DNA of 64,000 nucleotides from Gammaproteobacteria bacterium (GCA_013152545.1 JAADGF010000099.1:9906-73905), one strand, 5' to 3'. Shown: positions 50,621 to 61,167, numbered from the stretch's first letter. Notes: generated by a model not told the origin, from the letters alone. Translations and numbers: made by a program.

Positions 50621-53212
50621 TTATTCCTCACGCAATGCAGCAGATGGATTGCTTCGGGACATCTTAATTGCGGGTATAACACCCGCAATTAAGGCTGCTG
50701 TAATTGCCAGCAATAAAGACTGAAAAAGCAACATGGGGTCCAATATAATATCCATGGACCAACCAAATGAACGACGATTGATAACGAAAATAAGCACTAA
50801 AGCCAATATAATGCCAAGTGGCATTGCCAACAATCCGGCGATCATCCCGATCAACCCTGTCTCCCCACTAATGACCAGCCAAACTTCCTGTGGCGTTAAA
50901 CCAAGCGCTCGATACAGTGCAATTTCAGCCTTACGTTCAAACTGTAGCGCCATCAACGCACTCACAATTCCAACAAAAGCGACAAATATTGCCAATAGAC
51001 GCAAAACCTCGGTAACAACAAATGCTCGGTCAAACACACTAATCGAAGCATCCCGAATTGAACTTTGTGAATGAATTAATAAACTCTGCTCATCATCTGC
51101 TACCTTGCTTATTGCTTTATAGTCAGCCACAACCGCTTTTAACACATCGACAAATAGTTCATTATTAGTACCGGCAACGGTATGAATTCCTAACGATGTA
51201 ATACTATTATCATCCCAATAACGCTTGTAGGCATCTCGATTTATAGTAACAACACCCTGTTCCGAACCATAATCCACATAAATACCGACAATTTTAAAAC
51301 TCTTCAGCCCTTTATCCGTTGGCAATACCAACATATTCCCAACTTTTAAACCATGCCTGTAAGCATAAGGCTCCGACAACAACAAGCCATCCTCTTCAAA
51401 AAATGCCCGTTTTGCATTAGCATAATCACCATCACCTCGCAAATCAAATTTGGAGAAAAATATTTCTGGAATATCAACGACGTTTAATTCTGTCATACCC
51501 TTTGGGGCTTGCAGCTGTAAGTTATGCACAATACTGATGGCTTTTACTTCCGGTAACTGTTTAAAACGTACAACCCATTTCGGTGCCAGCTTCGCCGGAA
51601 ACTGACTTGACCCAACACCCGGTGCGGTAATAAAAATATCCGCCCTTAAAGTGTTATCAAGCCAACCCGCCACCGAACCACGAAAGCTGTCAATCATGAT
51701 AGCAACACCAATCGTTGTTGCTATCGCAACTGCCAAAGATGCAATGGCAATGCTTGTTCTACTTAAGGAAGCGGTCACGCCACGCGCAGCAATATTACCT
51801 AGTGTACCTAATATTTTATGGTGAATCGGTACAAAAGCATTAACCAATACTAAGGTCAGTTTTGGGACAAACAATGTAAACCCCAACATAATTGCAAATA
51901 CACCGACAAAGCTTATGACCAACAACTCCGTAGGAATGAAAAGTGTTAATACTCCCACAAAAATAAAAAATACACCCAACCAGCCAAACCAACGAAAGGA
52001 TTTACGGTATTTTTCCTCAATGGTGGAACGTGTAAGCGAGGTTCGCGGTGTTGATTTAGTTGCCTCATATGCCGGTAATAATACCGCACCCGCTGTGGCC
52101 AACACACCGAGCAAAAACCCTTTACCGATCGATGTATATGTAATTGTCAACACTTGTACATTTAACACAAAATACAAGTCGTTAATTGTCCGCGTAACCA
52201 AACCTAACAGGCCATCGGCCAGCAAAATACCAAAATAAATACCTAGCCAAGTGGCGCCAATACCGATCAGCAATGATTCATTGAAAATAGACCAAAATAT
52301 TTCACCCCGTGTTACACCGATCGCTCGTAACGTACCAATCACCTGTCGCCGTAGCACCACTGAGAACGTCATCGTGTTGTAGATTAAAAACATCCCAACG
52401 ATCAAAGCTAAAAAACTTAATGCCGTTAAATTAGCCTCGAATGCCTTGGTCATTTGCGACAATGCATGACTTCGGTTTTTTGCTGAGACAATATCCAAAT
52501 TATCAGGTAAAAACGCTTTGATTTCTTCCAAACGCCGCATTCCTGCCGGTGAATCATCAATAATCAAATCCACATGCGTCAGAAAATCATGCATTTCCAA
52601 TACTTCTTGCGCAGTGGCAATATCAACAAATATCATCGAACCAACTGCCTGCTGAGTATTTATATCGCTATCGTTTATTAATGCAATAATGTGAAACGTT
52701 CGTTGTTTCGCTCCAACGATAAAGAGTAATTCTTCACCTAACCTTAGATTCAAGCGATCTGCGGTGGATTTCGCAATAACCGCGGCGTTGGGTTCGTTTA
52801 ACAGTTGAGTGATATCCATCGAATTGATGGTATTAAACAAGTGATCCCGAAATTGCTTTTCCGCAAAAATATCTGACCCTATTAATTGAAAAACGGAATC
52901 CTGTTGGTTAATCACTTTACTGCTTATTAACGTTGCATACCCTTCTACAACGGGTGCAATTTCATAGATACCTAAGTCTTTTCGTAGTTTTATATAGAGA
53001 TCTTCGGGAACACCATTCGGACCGCCAATTATTTGGTGAGTTGCCTTACCGGTAATGGCATTTATTGAGACTTCAATCGCTTTGTGTACACTGGTATTAC
53101 ATAGGTCAATAGCAACAACCATTGCAACACCGAGAGTAATACCGACAAATGAGAGAAATATTTGCCAGGGATGATGTAAATAATGCCTCCATGTGATTTT
53201 CCATAATATCAC
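50621..53212 (-). CDS. ABC transporter permease, double FtsX-domain (YbbP/AttG-like)
   Basis: 863 aa; two 4-TM FtsX-like modules separated by large periplasmic loops; 4-nt overlap with the upstream ATPase gene. Confidence 0.8.
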   Translation of the reverse strand: MILWKITWRHYLHHPWQIFLSFVGITLGVAMVVAIDLCNTSVHKAIEVSINAITGKATHQIIGGPNGVPEDLYIKLRKDLGIYEIAPVVEGYATLISSKVINQQDSVFQLIGSDIFAEKQFRDHLFNTINSMDITQLLNEPNAAVIAKSTADRLNLRLGEELLFIVGAKQRTFHIIALINDSDINTQQAVGSMIFVDIATAQEVLEMHDFLTHVDLIIDDSPAGMRRLEEIKAFLPDNLDIVSAKNRSHALSQMTKAFEANLTALSFLALIVGMFLIYNTMTFSVVLRRQVIGTLRAIGVTRGEIFWSIFNESLLIGIGATWLGIYFGILLADGLLGLVTRTINDLYFVLNVQVLTITYTSIGKGFLLGVLATAGAVLLPAYEATKSTPRTSLTRSTIEEKYRKSFRWFGWLGVFFIFVGVLTLFIPTELLVISFVGVFAIMLGFTLFVPKLTLVLVNAFVPIHHKILGTLGNIAARGVTASLSRTSIAIASLAVAIATTIGVAIMIDSFRGSVAGWLDNTLRADIFITAPGVGSSQFPAKLAPKWVVRFKQLPEVKAISIVHNLQLQAPKGMTELNVVDIPEIFFSKFDLRGDGDYANAKRAFFEEDGLLLSEPYAYRHGLKVGNMLVLPTDKGLKSFKIVGIYVDYGSEQGVVTINRDAYKRYWDDNSITSLGIHTVAGTNNELFVDVLKAVVADYKAISKVADDEQSLLIHSQSSIRDASISVFDRAFVVTEVLRLLAIFVAFVGIVSALMALQFERKAEIALYRALGLTPQEVWLVISGETGLIGMIAGLLAMPLGIILALVLIFVINRRSFGWSMDIILDPMLLFQSLLLAITAALIAGVIPAIKMSRSNPSAALREE

Positions 53213-53913
53213 CCTGCTCTACCCCGGGCTTGCTGTTCAATCAGCTGACCTTTACGAAACACAAATATACGATCTGCCAATTGGGCCACTTCCTGGCTGT
53301 GAGTAACTAACACCAAGGTCTTACCTTCCTTTCTCACCAGGGTGGTCATTAAATTTAGTACTTGTTTACTGGTATCGGAATCCAGATTGCCAGTGGGTTC
53401 GTCGGCCAACAACAACAATGGCTTGTGTATTAAAGCCCGCAATATTGCTACACGCTGCTGCTCACCACCTGAAAGTTTATCGGGAAAGCTAGTGATTCGG
53501 TCAGATAAACGCACCGCACTTAGCAATTTAGAGACGTGCTCGTGATGGTTTTTTTTAAGTTTACCGGTGAGTTCCAAAGGTAACAGCACATTTTCTAGCA
53601 CTGTCAGCGTGGGAATTAAATTGAACAGTTGAAAAATAAAACCAATATGTTGGCGACGAAATAGCGTACGCTCCTGCTCAGAGAGATTCGTCAGATCAGT
53701 ACTGTTAATCACGACTTGACCGGAATCAGGCTGATCAATTCCACTCAAGATATTTAATAATGTTGATTTTCCAGACCCGCTCCGACCAAATAAAACCACA
53801 AATTCGCCTGCATGAATCTCTAAATTCACATCTTTAAACACCAACCTCTCTTGGTCACCTTCCGTGTAATATTTGCTAATGTTTTTTAGTATTATATGAG
53901 CGGAAGTCGCCAT
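53209..53913 (-). CDS. ABC transporter ATP-binding protein (YbbA/LolD/AttF-like)
   Basis: Walker [10 protein letters not shown]; signature [15 protein letters not shown]; Walker [13 protein letters not shown]. Confidence 0.9.
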   Translation of the reverse strand: MATSAHIILKNISKYYTEGDQERLVFKDVNLEIHAGEFVVLFGRSGSGKSTLLNILSGIDQPDSGQVVINSTDLTNLSEQERTLFRRQHIGFIFQLFNLIPTLTVLENVLLPLELTGKLKKNHHEHVSKLLSAVRLSDRITSFPDKLSGGEQQRVAILRALIHKPLLLLADEPTGNLDSDTSKQVLNLMTTLVRKEGKTLVLVTHSQEVAQLADRIFVFRKGQLIEQQARGRAG

Positions 53914-53989
53914 TGATTTACACCATTATTATTAATAGGATCGAAATTAGTGCAAAAAAATCATCTATTGCTTAGCGATACCATTGACC

Positions 53990-54112
53990 CCAAATTAATC
54001 ACCTGAACCGTCGCGAGAGCGCCAACAGTCGGCACAGAAGCACTGCCCACATGCTCCAAACCGGTTAAATTCCGTGCCATGGCGTGCGCAGTGGGTTCAA
54101 CACTTGTATTAG
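53990..54112. repeat. Intergenic repeat family 2, copy 1 (~120 bp)
   Basis: TTAATCACCTGAACCGTCGCGAGAGCGCCAACAG...CGTGCCATGGCGTGCGCAGTGGGTTCAAC aligns with 57258..57368. Confidence 0.6.
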
Positions 54113-54630
54113 GTTGATTATCGTACGCTTACAACAATTCTTGACAGTAATAATGTTACCGGCGTGTTCAGTGGACAAAAAACATCACCCACAAAAACAC
54201 TTATGCGTTAACCCTAAAACCATCAGCTAGCCGGTATGTAAAGTGCATTTTTCACGATAAAAACGTGCTCCACCGGCCGTAACATACTGACTCACTGATA
54301 TTACGCACTCGTAATAATGAATCAATGACTTGCAGCTTTTACGTGACGCCACAACCCGCATTCTGGCTGAGACCTGCGCAACATCAGTTACTCATTGAGT
54401 AAGACGGGTAAAAACACCCTAATTACAATTGTTTCAGACGTTTAGTGAAACTTATTTTAAGCGTTCAACTGATGAATTGAGGTTGAAAAAACGCAAAAAC
54501 GGATCCACGCAAACAAACCGCATACGTTTGTCACGGCCTGAAACGCTAACAGTAATATGTGCTGGGTTTAATTTACTTCTTGCATTGGCGTTGCAGCATC
54601 CCTGACTTGCAGCTTATCGTTACCTTGACG

Positions 54631-54978
54631 TTAATCCATTTTTTCGAGATTAAATACTGATGCAACTACTTTACCAGCAACGTCAACGATCGCGTTATCG
54701 GAACGATGCAAGCTTAAGCCACTTTTGTTGAGACTCAATGTTGCTTGAGAGACTTTCAACCGTTCAGAATATTCGAACGATGCAACATATTGCATAGCAC
54801 GCAAGTCTCCATCCCTTGCCGCTATTTTCATTAATGCCTGACCACGTATCAGATTTCCATTATTCAAGGCTATCCTTGCCTCGCTATACGTGCAAGCAGC
54901 AGATACATCAAAGACTGAGATCAACAACAACACAGCCGATATAAAAACAGTCCAGTTTAATGTGATTGACTTAGTCAT
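54631..54978 (-). CDS. Small secreted hypothetical protein
   Basis: Signal peptide WTVFISAVLLLISVFDVSAA. No recognised domain. Confidence 0.4.
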   Translation of the reverse strand: MTKSITLNWTVFISAVLLLISVFDVSAACTYSEARIALNNGNLIRGQALMKIAARDGDLRAMQYVASFEYSERLKVSQATLSLNKSGLSLHRSDNAIVDVAGKVVASVFNLEKMD

Positions 54979-55372
54979 AGTGGTTACAATGCCAGAGTGA
55001 TTACAATTATAATTACAACAGTTTACAGTATACGGCGGCGATCATGCTTACAATTATCAATTGCGGCAACCCATAATACTTGCCCGCGCTATTCGTTATA
55101 AAAGCACAAATAAAATTCTAGCAAGATAACGTACAAAAGTGTTACCACATTTGTGAACATACGATCTAGTGTATATTCTAATAGCGACAAATACAGGATT
55201 AAATACATTGACTCCGTCTTGTGCCTGTAGCACTAGTTATGTCACTAGTCAGCTTTTATGTCAATGACCTAACAAAATACCAGCTAATATACTACATTGA
55301 CTTAATTGTTTATCAGTTTGATTTTTATCAAATTTTTTTAAAAATATTAATACATTTCAGGTCAACTTACTT

Positions 55373-55951
55373 ATGATTAAACTCGTGTTAGCTTCAACAT
55401 CACCCTTCCGGCAAACCCTTCTGCGCAAGCTGGAACTCCCCTTCGAGACGCAAGCTCCAAACATTGACGAGACACCATTGTCGGACGAAAGCCCAAATGA
55501 ACTCGTCGCTCGTCTCTCAAAAGCAAAAGCCAATATCGTTTCGAAGCAATACAATGATGCCCTTATCATCGGTTCCGATCAAGTCGCTATACTCGCAGGC
55601 CAAATAATCGGAAAACCGCTCAACCATGACAATGCAGTTTCTCAACTGCAACAGACCTCTGGTAAACGCGTGGATTTTGTAACCGGCCTTTGCCTGCTCA
55701 ATAGCCGTACAGGTCAAACTCAAATCACCTGTGTACCTTTTTCAGTCTATTTTCGTAATTTATCGAAAACACAAATAGAACGCTACCTTAAAAAAGACAA
55801 GCCCTATAATTGTGCCGGTAGTTTTAAATCAGAAGGTTTCGGTATCAGTTTATTTGAAAAATTATCGGGCGACGACCCCAATGCGCTTATCGGACTTCCA
55901 CTTATCGAACTAATACGAATGTTACACCATGAAGGCGTTGACGTTCCTTAG
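55373..55951 (+). CDS. yceF: Maf-like nucleotide pyrophosphatase YceF (7-methyl-GTP pyrophosphatase)
   Basis: LVLASTSPFRQ..L..L.LPFE, IDETP and CAGSFKSEGFGISLFE are near-colinear with E. coli YceF. Confidence 0.85.
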   Translation: MIKLVLASTSPFRQTLLRKLELPFETQAPNIDETPLSDESPNELVARLSKAKANIVSKQYNDALIIGSDQVAILAGQIIGKPLNHDNAVSQLQQTSGKRVDFVTGLCLLNSRTGQTQITCVPFSVYFRNLSKTQIERYLKKDKPYNCAGSFKSEGFGISLFEKLSGDDPNALIGLPLIELIRMLHHEGVDVP

Positions 55952-55997
55952 GTGCAGGGGCTACTGACAGGCAAATACAAAATAATGCATATTGATA

Positions 55998-56852
55998 TTA
56001 ACCAGGCTCAATAGTCTGTAATGAATCTAAACCATTAATACACCTTGGTTTAGCTTGCTTAAATAACGTAAAAAAATTCTGAGTCGTTTGTCGCACAACG
56101 TCCTCAGTTTCAACACCACGCAATTCAGCAATACAGTCAGCCACATACCGTACATAAGCAGGCTGATTCTGTTTACCACGGTGAGGGACAGGCGCCAAAT
56201 AAGGTGAATCAGTTTCAACCAATATTCGGTCATGAGGCATACGCTTAACGACTTCTTTGAGTGCTTGAGCTGATTTAAAGGTCACGATACCCGAAAAAGA
56301 AATATAAAAATTTAAATCCATAGCCCGTTTGGCAATCTCCCAATTTTCGACAAAACAATGCATCACTCCACCGACCTCGTCAGCACCTTGTTCTTCTAAC
56401 AGCGTTAAGCAATCCTCTGTGGACTCCCGGTTATGGATAATAAGCGGTTTACCACATTGCTTTGCCGCACTAATATGTTGCCGAAATCGTTCCCGCTGCC
56501 AGTCTAAATCACCCTCGTTGCGAAAATAATCTAATCCGGTTTCGCCGATGGCGACAATATTTGGGTCTTGTGCAAGCTTCACCAACTCATCGGCATCAGG
56601 CTCATACCCACCCTGAACATTCGGATGGACGCCAACGGATGCAGATACAAAGTCATATTGTTGCGCAATAGTCAGTACCTTGGGGAAATTCTCCATATCA
56701 ATCGACACACATAACATGTGCCCGACCCCCTGCTGCTGTGCGACGGCAAGAGCACCCTGTAACCCATCCTCCCAAGCATCCGGAGTAAGGCAGTCAAGAT
56801 GGCAATGTGAATCTACCAGGTAAAGACCAAGAGGTTCAAGTATCCTATTCAC
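55998..56852 (-). CDS. TatD-family metal-dependent hydrolase/DNase
   Basis: VDSHCHLD start motif; GETGLDY; ETDSPYL. Confidence 0.85.
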   Translation of the reverse strand: MNRILEPLGLYLVDSHCHLDCLTPDAWEDGLQGALAVAQQQGVGHMLCVSIDMENFPKVLTIAQQYDFVSASVGVHPNVQGGYEPDADELVKLAQDPNIVAIGETGLDYFRNEGDLDWQRERFRQHISAAKQCGKPLIIHNRESTEDCLTLLEEQGADEVGGVMHCFVENWEIAKRAMDLNFYISFSGIVTFKSAQALKEVVKRMPHDRILVETDSPYLAPVPHRGKQNQPAYVRYVADCIAELRGVETEDVVRQTTQNFFTLFKQAKPRCINGLDSLQTIEPG

Positions 56853-56873
56853 GTTTCGTTCTCTCCACTTTCC

Positions 56874-57227
56874 CTAATAATGTTGAATTGTTTTAAATAG
56901 CTTCCTACACACAGAATCAAGCTCTTTTTGCCACAACTCATTGTCGTGATATACCAGTGGCCCTTCAAATTGATCAATATAGTGCAACAAAATATCAACG
57001 CCTGTTTGTGTTTCAGAGAAAGTATCATTTTCGTAACCGTATACTTCACCAATAATGTAACTACCTAAGGCATAACATGCATTTTTCTGACGGTTAAATG
57101 TCTTCTTTGATACACCACTATCGGCTAAGTCCGATAAATATAATTCAAATACAGGTGTGATCTTTTTTGAAAGATGTATACCATCTTTGCTTATTTGCCA
57201 ATTCTTACCCCAGTCGTGTGTGTACAT
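56874..57227 (-). CDS. Hypothetical protein
   Basis: 117-aa ORF; no domain recognised. Codon usage looks consistent with its neighbours. Confidence 0.35.
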   Translation of the reverse strand: MYTHDWGKNWQISKDGIHLSKKITPVFELYLSDLADSGVSKKTFNRQKNACYALGSYIIGEVYGYENDTFSETQTGVDILLHYIDQFEGPLVYHDNELWQKELDSVCRKLFKTIQHY

Positions 57228-57257
57228 ACTTTAATACTCTGAGCAATAATCCTAACT

Positions 57258-57368
57258 TAATCAGTTGAATCGTAGCGAGAGCGCTGAAGGTAACAGACTT
57301 TTAGACGCTGTGCTATGGCGTTCGCAGTAGACTCAACTGAATCCTTGAACCATTTCGCTACGAATACT
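57258..57368. repeat. Intergenic repeat family 2, copy 2
   Basis: TTAATCAGTTGAATCGTAGCGAGAGCGCTGAAGG...GCTGTGCTATGGCGTTCGCAGTAGACTCAAC. Confidence 0.6.
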
Positions 57369-57391
57369 TGAGTCATTCAGGCTAGCAATTC

Positions 57392-58468
57392 TCATCGGTT
57401 ACGCTTTAACTTTTTTACGGCCTGCTCTGGTGTAAGTTCTGCCGCTTGGATAAGCGCATCCAGGGAGTGTTGGCGCAGATTGAGCTTACCACTATTGTTT
57501 TCCCAGCTATTCACCGTGGGCGGACTCACACCAAGCAAGCTTGAAAACTGAGGTACGGTCATCCCAAATCGCTTCCGTAACCTGGCAACGGCCGTTGCTG
57601 TGGCCATAAATGCTTTTTTGGTTTTCTTTGCTACGGTTTTCTTTTTAATTGCTTTCTTAACCACCTTTTTAACTTTCTTGTTAATTGCTGTTTTTTTAAT
57701 TATATTTGCAGCTGTATTTTTACCAGTGACACTTTTTTTACGACGGGGTTTAACGGACTCTTCCATGTCCACGCCGAACACGTCAGAAAGATCGGAGGCG
57801 GCCAACCGACGCCGTCTGCCTTTTCCGGATACAGCTGACTGTATATCCAGTTCTGTGGTAATCAACGCTTCATGATCAACATTGCGCAGCAGAAAAAGCA
57901 GTTCGGGCTGGTCATCCAATCTGGCACCGACGCCATACAGGACAGCGGCAAGATGTTTGCACATTCCGGCCCAGTCCGGGCAATCACAGGCGAGCTTTAT
58001 CTCTTTGGGCGTGGGAAACAGGCCGCTATGTTGATCCGTCACTATCGTCATGACGTTATCAGAAAAACGTCCCTGCAATAACTCCAGCATGGAACCGATC
58101 TGGCCGGCACACTGTTTACGTACGTTTTTCCATTTGTTTGCTGAGAGAGGGCTGATCGTAATATTGATATTGTAGAGTTCGGAGCCACTGACGATGGCTG
58201 CTATTTTGCCCGTCGAGATTGCAAGATGACACACAGAGCCGTTACGTACATAGGTTCGACCCCTTGGCAAACGGTTGGCATAATCACTGAATTTTTCCAG
58301 ATGATCACACCAGGCTTTACCCCAGAAGGTTTTGACGATCTTAAGCCCCTGAATCTCAATCGGTTCAGTTTTCATTCCCTGTTTGCTGAGTTTCTTCATC
58401 TCTTTGGCTGCCTTAGCACGCCGTTGTGCTACCGGCACATAAGGCGCCCATTCACCATAATAAGCCAT
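57392..58468 (-). CDS. SWIM zinc-finger protein with C-terminal lysine-rich linker and HTH (XRE-like) domain
   Basis: SWIM CDCPDWAGMCKHLAAVLYGV. K-rich KKTAINKKVKKVVKKAIKKKTVAKKTKK. HTH LRKRFGMTVPQFSSLLGVSPPTVNSWE. 11 nt downstream of the SNF2 gene. Confidence 0.8.
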   Translation of the reverse strand: MAYYGEWAPYVPVAQRRAKAAKEMKKLSKQGMKTEPIEIQGLKIVKTFWGKAWCDHLEKFSDYANRLPRGRTYVRNGSVCHLAISTGKIAAIVSGSELYNINITISPLSANKWKNVRKQCAGQIGSMLELLQGRFSDNVMTIVTDQHSGLFPTPKEIKLACDCPDWAGMCKHLAAVLYGVGARLDDQPELLFLLRNVDHEALITTELDIQSAVSGKGRRRRLAASDLSDVFGVDMEESVKPRRKKSVTGKNTAANIIKKTAINKKVKKVVKKAIKKKTVAKKTKKAFMATATAVARLRKRFGMTVPQFSSLLGVSPPTVNSWENNSGKLNLRQHSLDALIQAAELTPEQAVKKLKRNR

Positions 58469-58479
58469 ATTATCTCCCT

Positions 58480-61167
58480 TTATCCAACGTGAGTTTTCTC
58501 AATATCCAATGAAACCAGATTAAGTAATGCCTCGTTATCCATCTCTGTCAGCAGTGTCTCGGCACCACCAGTCAATACGTCGTTGGCGAGATCCGTTTTC
58601 TCATTGATCAAGGCGTCTATCTTCTCTTCCACCGTTCCCCGGCAAACGAATTTATGCACCAGCACGTTTCTTTTTTGGCCAATTCGAAACGCGCGGTCCG
58701 TGGCCTGATTTTCCACCGCCGGGTTCCACCAACGATCAAAATGGATCACGTGTGATGCCTGAGTCAAGTTAAGCCCGGTTCCCCCTGCCTTGAGGGACAA
58801 AATAAAGAAGGGCGGCCCCTCTTCATCCTGAAAACGCTCAACCCGTTTTTGTCGCTGTTTAATCGGGGTGCCACCATGTAATACCAAGCCCGGCTGGCCA
58901 AACTGCTGCGCCAAAAAAGCAGCCAACGGCGCAGTCATTTCACGGAATTGGGTAAATACCAATAATTTTTCCTGACGTGAAGCAATCTCTTCACAAAGCT
59001 CCGCCAGACGCTGAAATTTACCACTGTGCTGCGGTTTATATTCATCATCCCCCAGCAATTGCGAAGGGTGATTGCAGATCTGTTTAAAACGCAGCAGGTA
59101 AGAGAGTACCAGCCCCCGCCGCTTCATGCCATCCTGATTTTCAATGGATTTTGCCAGCTCTGCCACTGCCTGCTGGTATTGCGCCGCCTGGACTTTGCTC
59201 AGACCACAGTATGCGGACACCTCGGTCTTTTCCGGCAAGTCGTTAATGATTGAAGCATCGGTTTTAAGACGTCGCAGAATATAGGGGCCGACCAGATTAC
59301 GCAGCGGTGCATATTGATCACTCTCGCGCTCAGCGAGTGATTTCACAAACCCTTTGAAGCGCTTGGCGGACCCCAGCAGACCGGGGTTTAGGAAATCAAA
59401 CAGGGACCAGAGATCCGACAATCGGTTCTCCACCGGCGTTCCGGTCAGTGCAATACGAGCATCGGCATTAAGCAATTTTACCACTTTGCTCTGCCCGGCA
59501 ACCGGGTTTTTGATTGCCTGAGCCTCATCCAGCACCAACAGTTGCCACTTTTTCTGCTGAAGCCAGTCTTGTCGCATCAGGGTACCATAGGTGGTCAACA
59601 CCACATCAATGTTCTTCAAGGCATCACTGACATTCGCCATGGCGTCCATGGTTTTTTTGCTCTGCTGAGAGCTGTGCAAAAACAGGCAACGCAGGGAGGG
59701 CGCAAAACGCTCAAGCTCCGTTTTCCAGTTAGCGAGCAAAGAGGCAGGAAGCACCAGCAGAGAAGGTTTGTTACTACGCTTGTTTTTTAATCCTAGCAGT
59801 AGTGCAATAATCTGCATGGTTTTCCCCAACCCCATGTCATCCGCCAGACAAGCGCCTAGGCCTAACTGGGACAGCATGTATAACCAATTCACCCCCGCCT
59901 GTTGGTAGGGCCGGAGGTCTGCTTTAAGCGCCGTACCGGGATCAATAGCCTGTGCTTGAGCCGGTGCGCGTAACGCTTCTAACTGTGCCGCCAGCCATTG
60001 ACCTGGCTGAACAAAAGACCACGCCTTGCTCTCTTCCGGAATGTCGTTACCCAAATCAACCGGTGCGCCAGCCAGCAACCGCATCCCTTCGGAAAAAGTG
60101 AGCCCGCCATTTGCCGTCTCCGATTCCACCTTTTTCCAATGGGCCAGGGCTTCATTCAGCTTCTCCTGGTCCACCTCAACCCATTGCCCTTTAATAAAAG
60201 CGAGCCCCTCATTCGCCACCATGAGTTGCTTTAATTCGGCCTTACTGAGTGGCGTCTCACCGAGGGCAATATGCAATTTGAAATCCAGCAATGAATCGGC
60301 ATTGAAGTTCTTTTGATGGCGCTCGCCAATGGTAATGCCGATACGCGGCCTGCTGCGTTTTTTCCACCAGTCCGGCAGCCGCACGACCACGCCGCAGTGT
60401 TCGTACAGCGGGGTGTCCTTAAGAAACGCATAGGCCTCCCCTGGTGTCCAGACCAGGGGGTGATAGAGATCACCGGTATCAACCAGGTCTTTGATCACGG
60501 CGCTGGATTCAGCAGCGAGTTGTACCGGTGAAAGCAGGCGGATCAGGGCCTTTTTGTTTTTTGCACCCGCATATTCCTGTAAGGCGCGGCTAAGGGGTTG
60601 ATGACGGCTACGGCTCTGTACTGAAAGTTCGGGAGCATAGGTCGCCATAAAAGCAAACGGGTACTCGGAATCATTTTTATTTTCCGCCAGATGAAAACAA
60701 ACACGACCCACTTGATGCCATTGCGGTGCTCGCTTGGTTAACAGTGCATCAAGCCCGCCAACAAGCCGTATTTGCTCACAAACCCAGTCATCCAGTAAGG
60801 CGCGGATATCCCGCAGCACTGGCGCGGTGAGATACTCAGCGCCACGCATGGGTGGCGCACTCACCAGTAGCTGTGTGGTTTGTGTCGGGGTAAGTGGCTC
60901 GACGGGATCAGGCTGTTGCGGATCTGCCGGTGCCAACTGACAACGTTCACTCAGATACTGGCAGCTAAGGTCGCGCCAATATCGCAACGACGCGGTGAGA
61001 TCCGTGCTGTCTTTCCGGGCCGCCAGGGTAAACAAACCTTCACCGGTACTGCGCGCAAATGCCCTACTGACCATGACCATGTGAGTCTCTTTGTCGTTAC
61101 TGCCATCCGCTAATGGCAAGCAATGCAAATGCCCTGAGGGCAGCAGGCCGAGGTCAAAAGCTCTCAT
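58480..61167 (-). CDS. SNF2-family helicase with N-terminal SNF2-helicase-associated (SNF2_assoc) domain
   Basis: Motif I DDMGLGKT; DEAQ box LVLDEAQAIKN; helicase-C and motif VI DRAFRIGQ. N-terminal FIKGQWVEVD region. Preferred start is ATG 61167 (MRAFDLG, AAGGGA RBS); it overlaps the upstream stop by 14 nt. The track start is 61209. Confidence 0.85.
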   Translation of the reverse strand: MRAFDLGLLPSGHLHCLPLADGSNDKETHMVMVSRAFARSTGEGLFTLAARKDSTDLTASLRYWRDLSCQYLSERCQLAPADPQQPDPVEPLTPTQTTQLLVSAPPMRGAEYLTAPVLRDIRALLDDWVCEQIRLVGGLDALLTKRAPQWHQVGRVCFHLAENKNDSEYPFAFMATYAPELSVQSRSRHQPLSRALQEYAGAKNKKALIRLLSPVQLAAESSAVIKDLVDTGDLYHPLVWTPGEAYAFLKDTPLYEHCGVVVRLPDWWKKRSRPRIGITIGERHQKNFNADSLLDFKLHIALGETPLSKAELKQLMVANEGLAFIKGQWVEVDQEKLNEALAHWKKVESETANGGLTFSEGMRLLAGAPVDLGNDIPEESKAWSFVQPGQWLAAQLEALRAPAQAQAIDPGTALKADLRPYQQAGVNWLYMLSQLGLGACLADDMGLGKTMQIIALLLGLKNKRSNKPSLLVLPASLLANWKTELERFAPSLRCLFLHSSQQSKKTMDAMANVSDALKNIDVVLTTYGTLMRQDWLQQKKWQLLVLDEAQAIKNPVAGQSKVVKLLNADARIALTGTPVENRLSDLWSLFDFLNPGLLGSAKRFKGFVKSLAERESDQYAPLRNLVGPYILRRLKTDASIINDLPEKTEVSAYCGLSKVQAAQYQQAVAELAKSIENQDGMKRRGLVLSYLLRFKQICNHPSQLLGDDEYKPQHSGKFQRLAELCEEIASRQEKLLVFTQFREMTAPLAAFLAQQFGQPGLVLHGGTPIKQRQKRVERFQDEEGPPFFILSLKAGGTGLNLTQASHVIHFDRWWNPAVENQATDRAFRIGQKRNVLVHKFVCRGTVEEKIDALINEKTDLANDVLTGGAETLLTEMDNEALLNLVSLDIEKTHVG

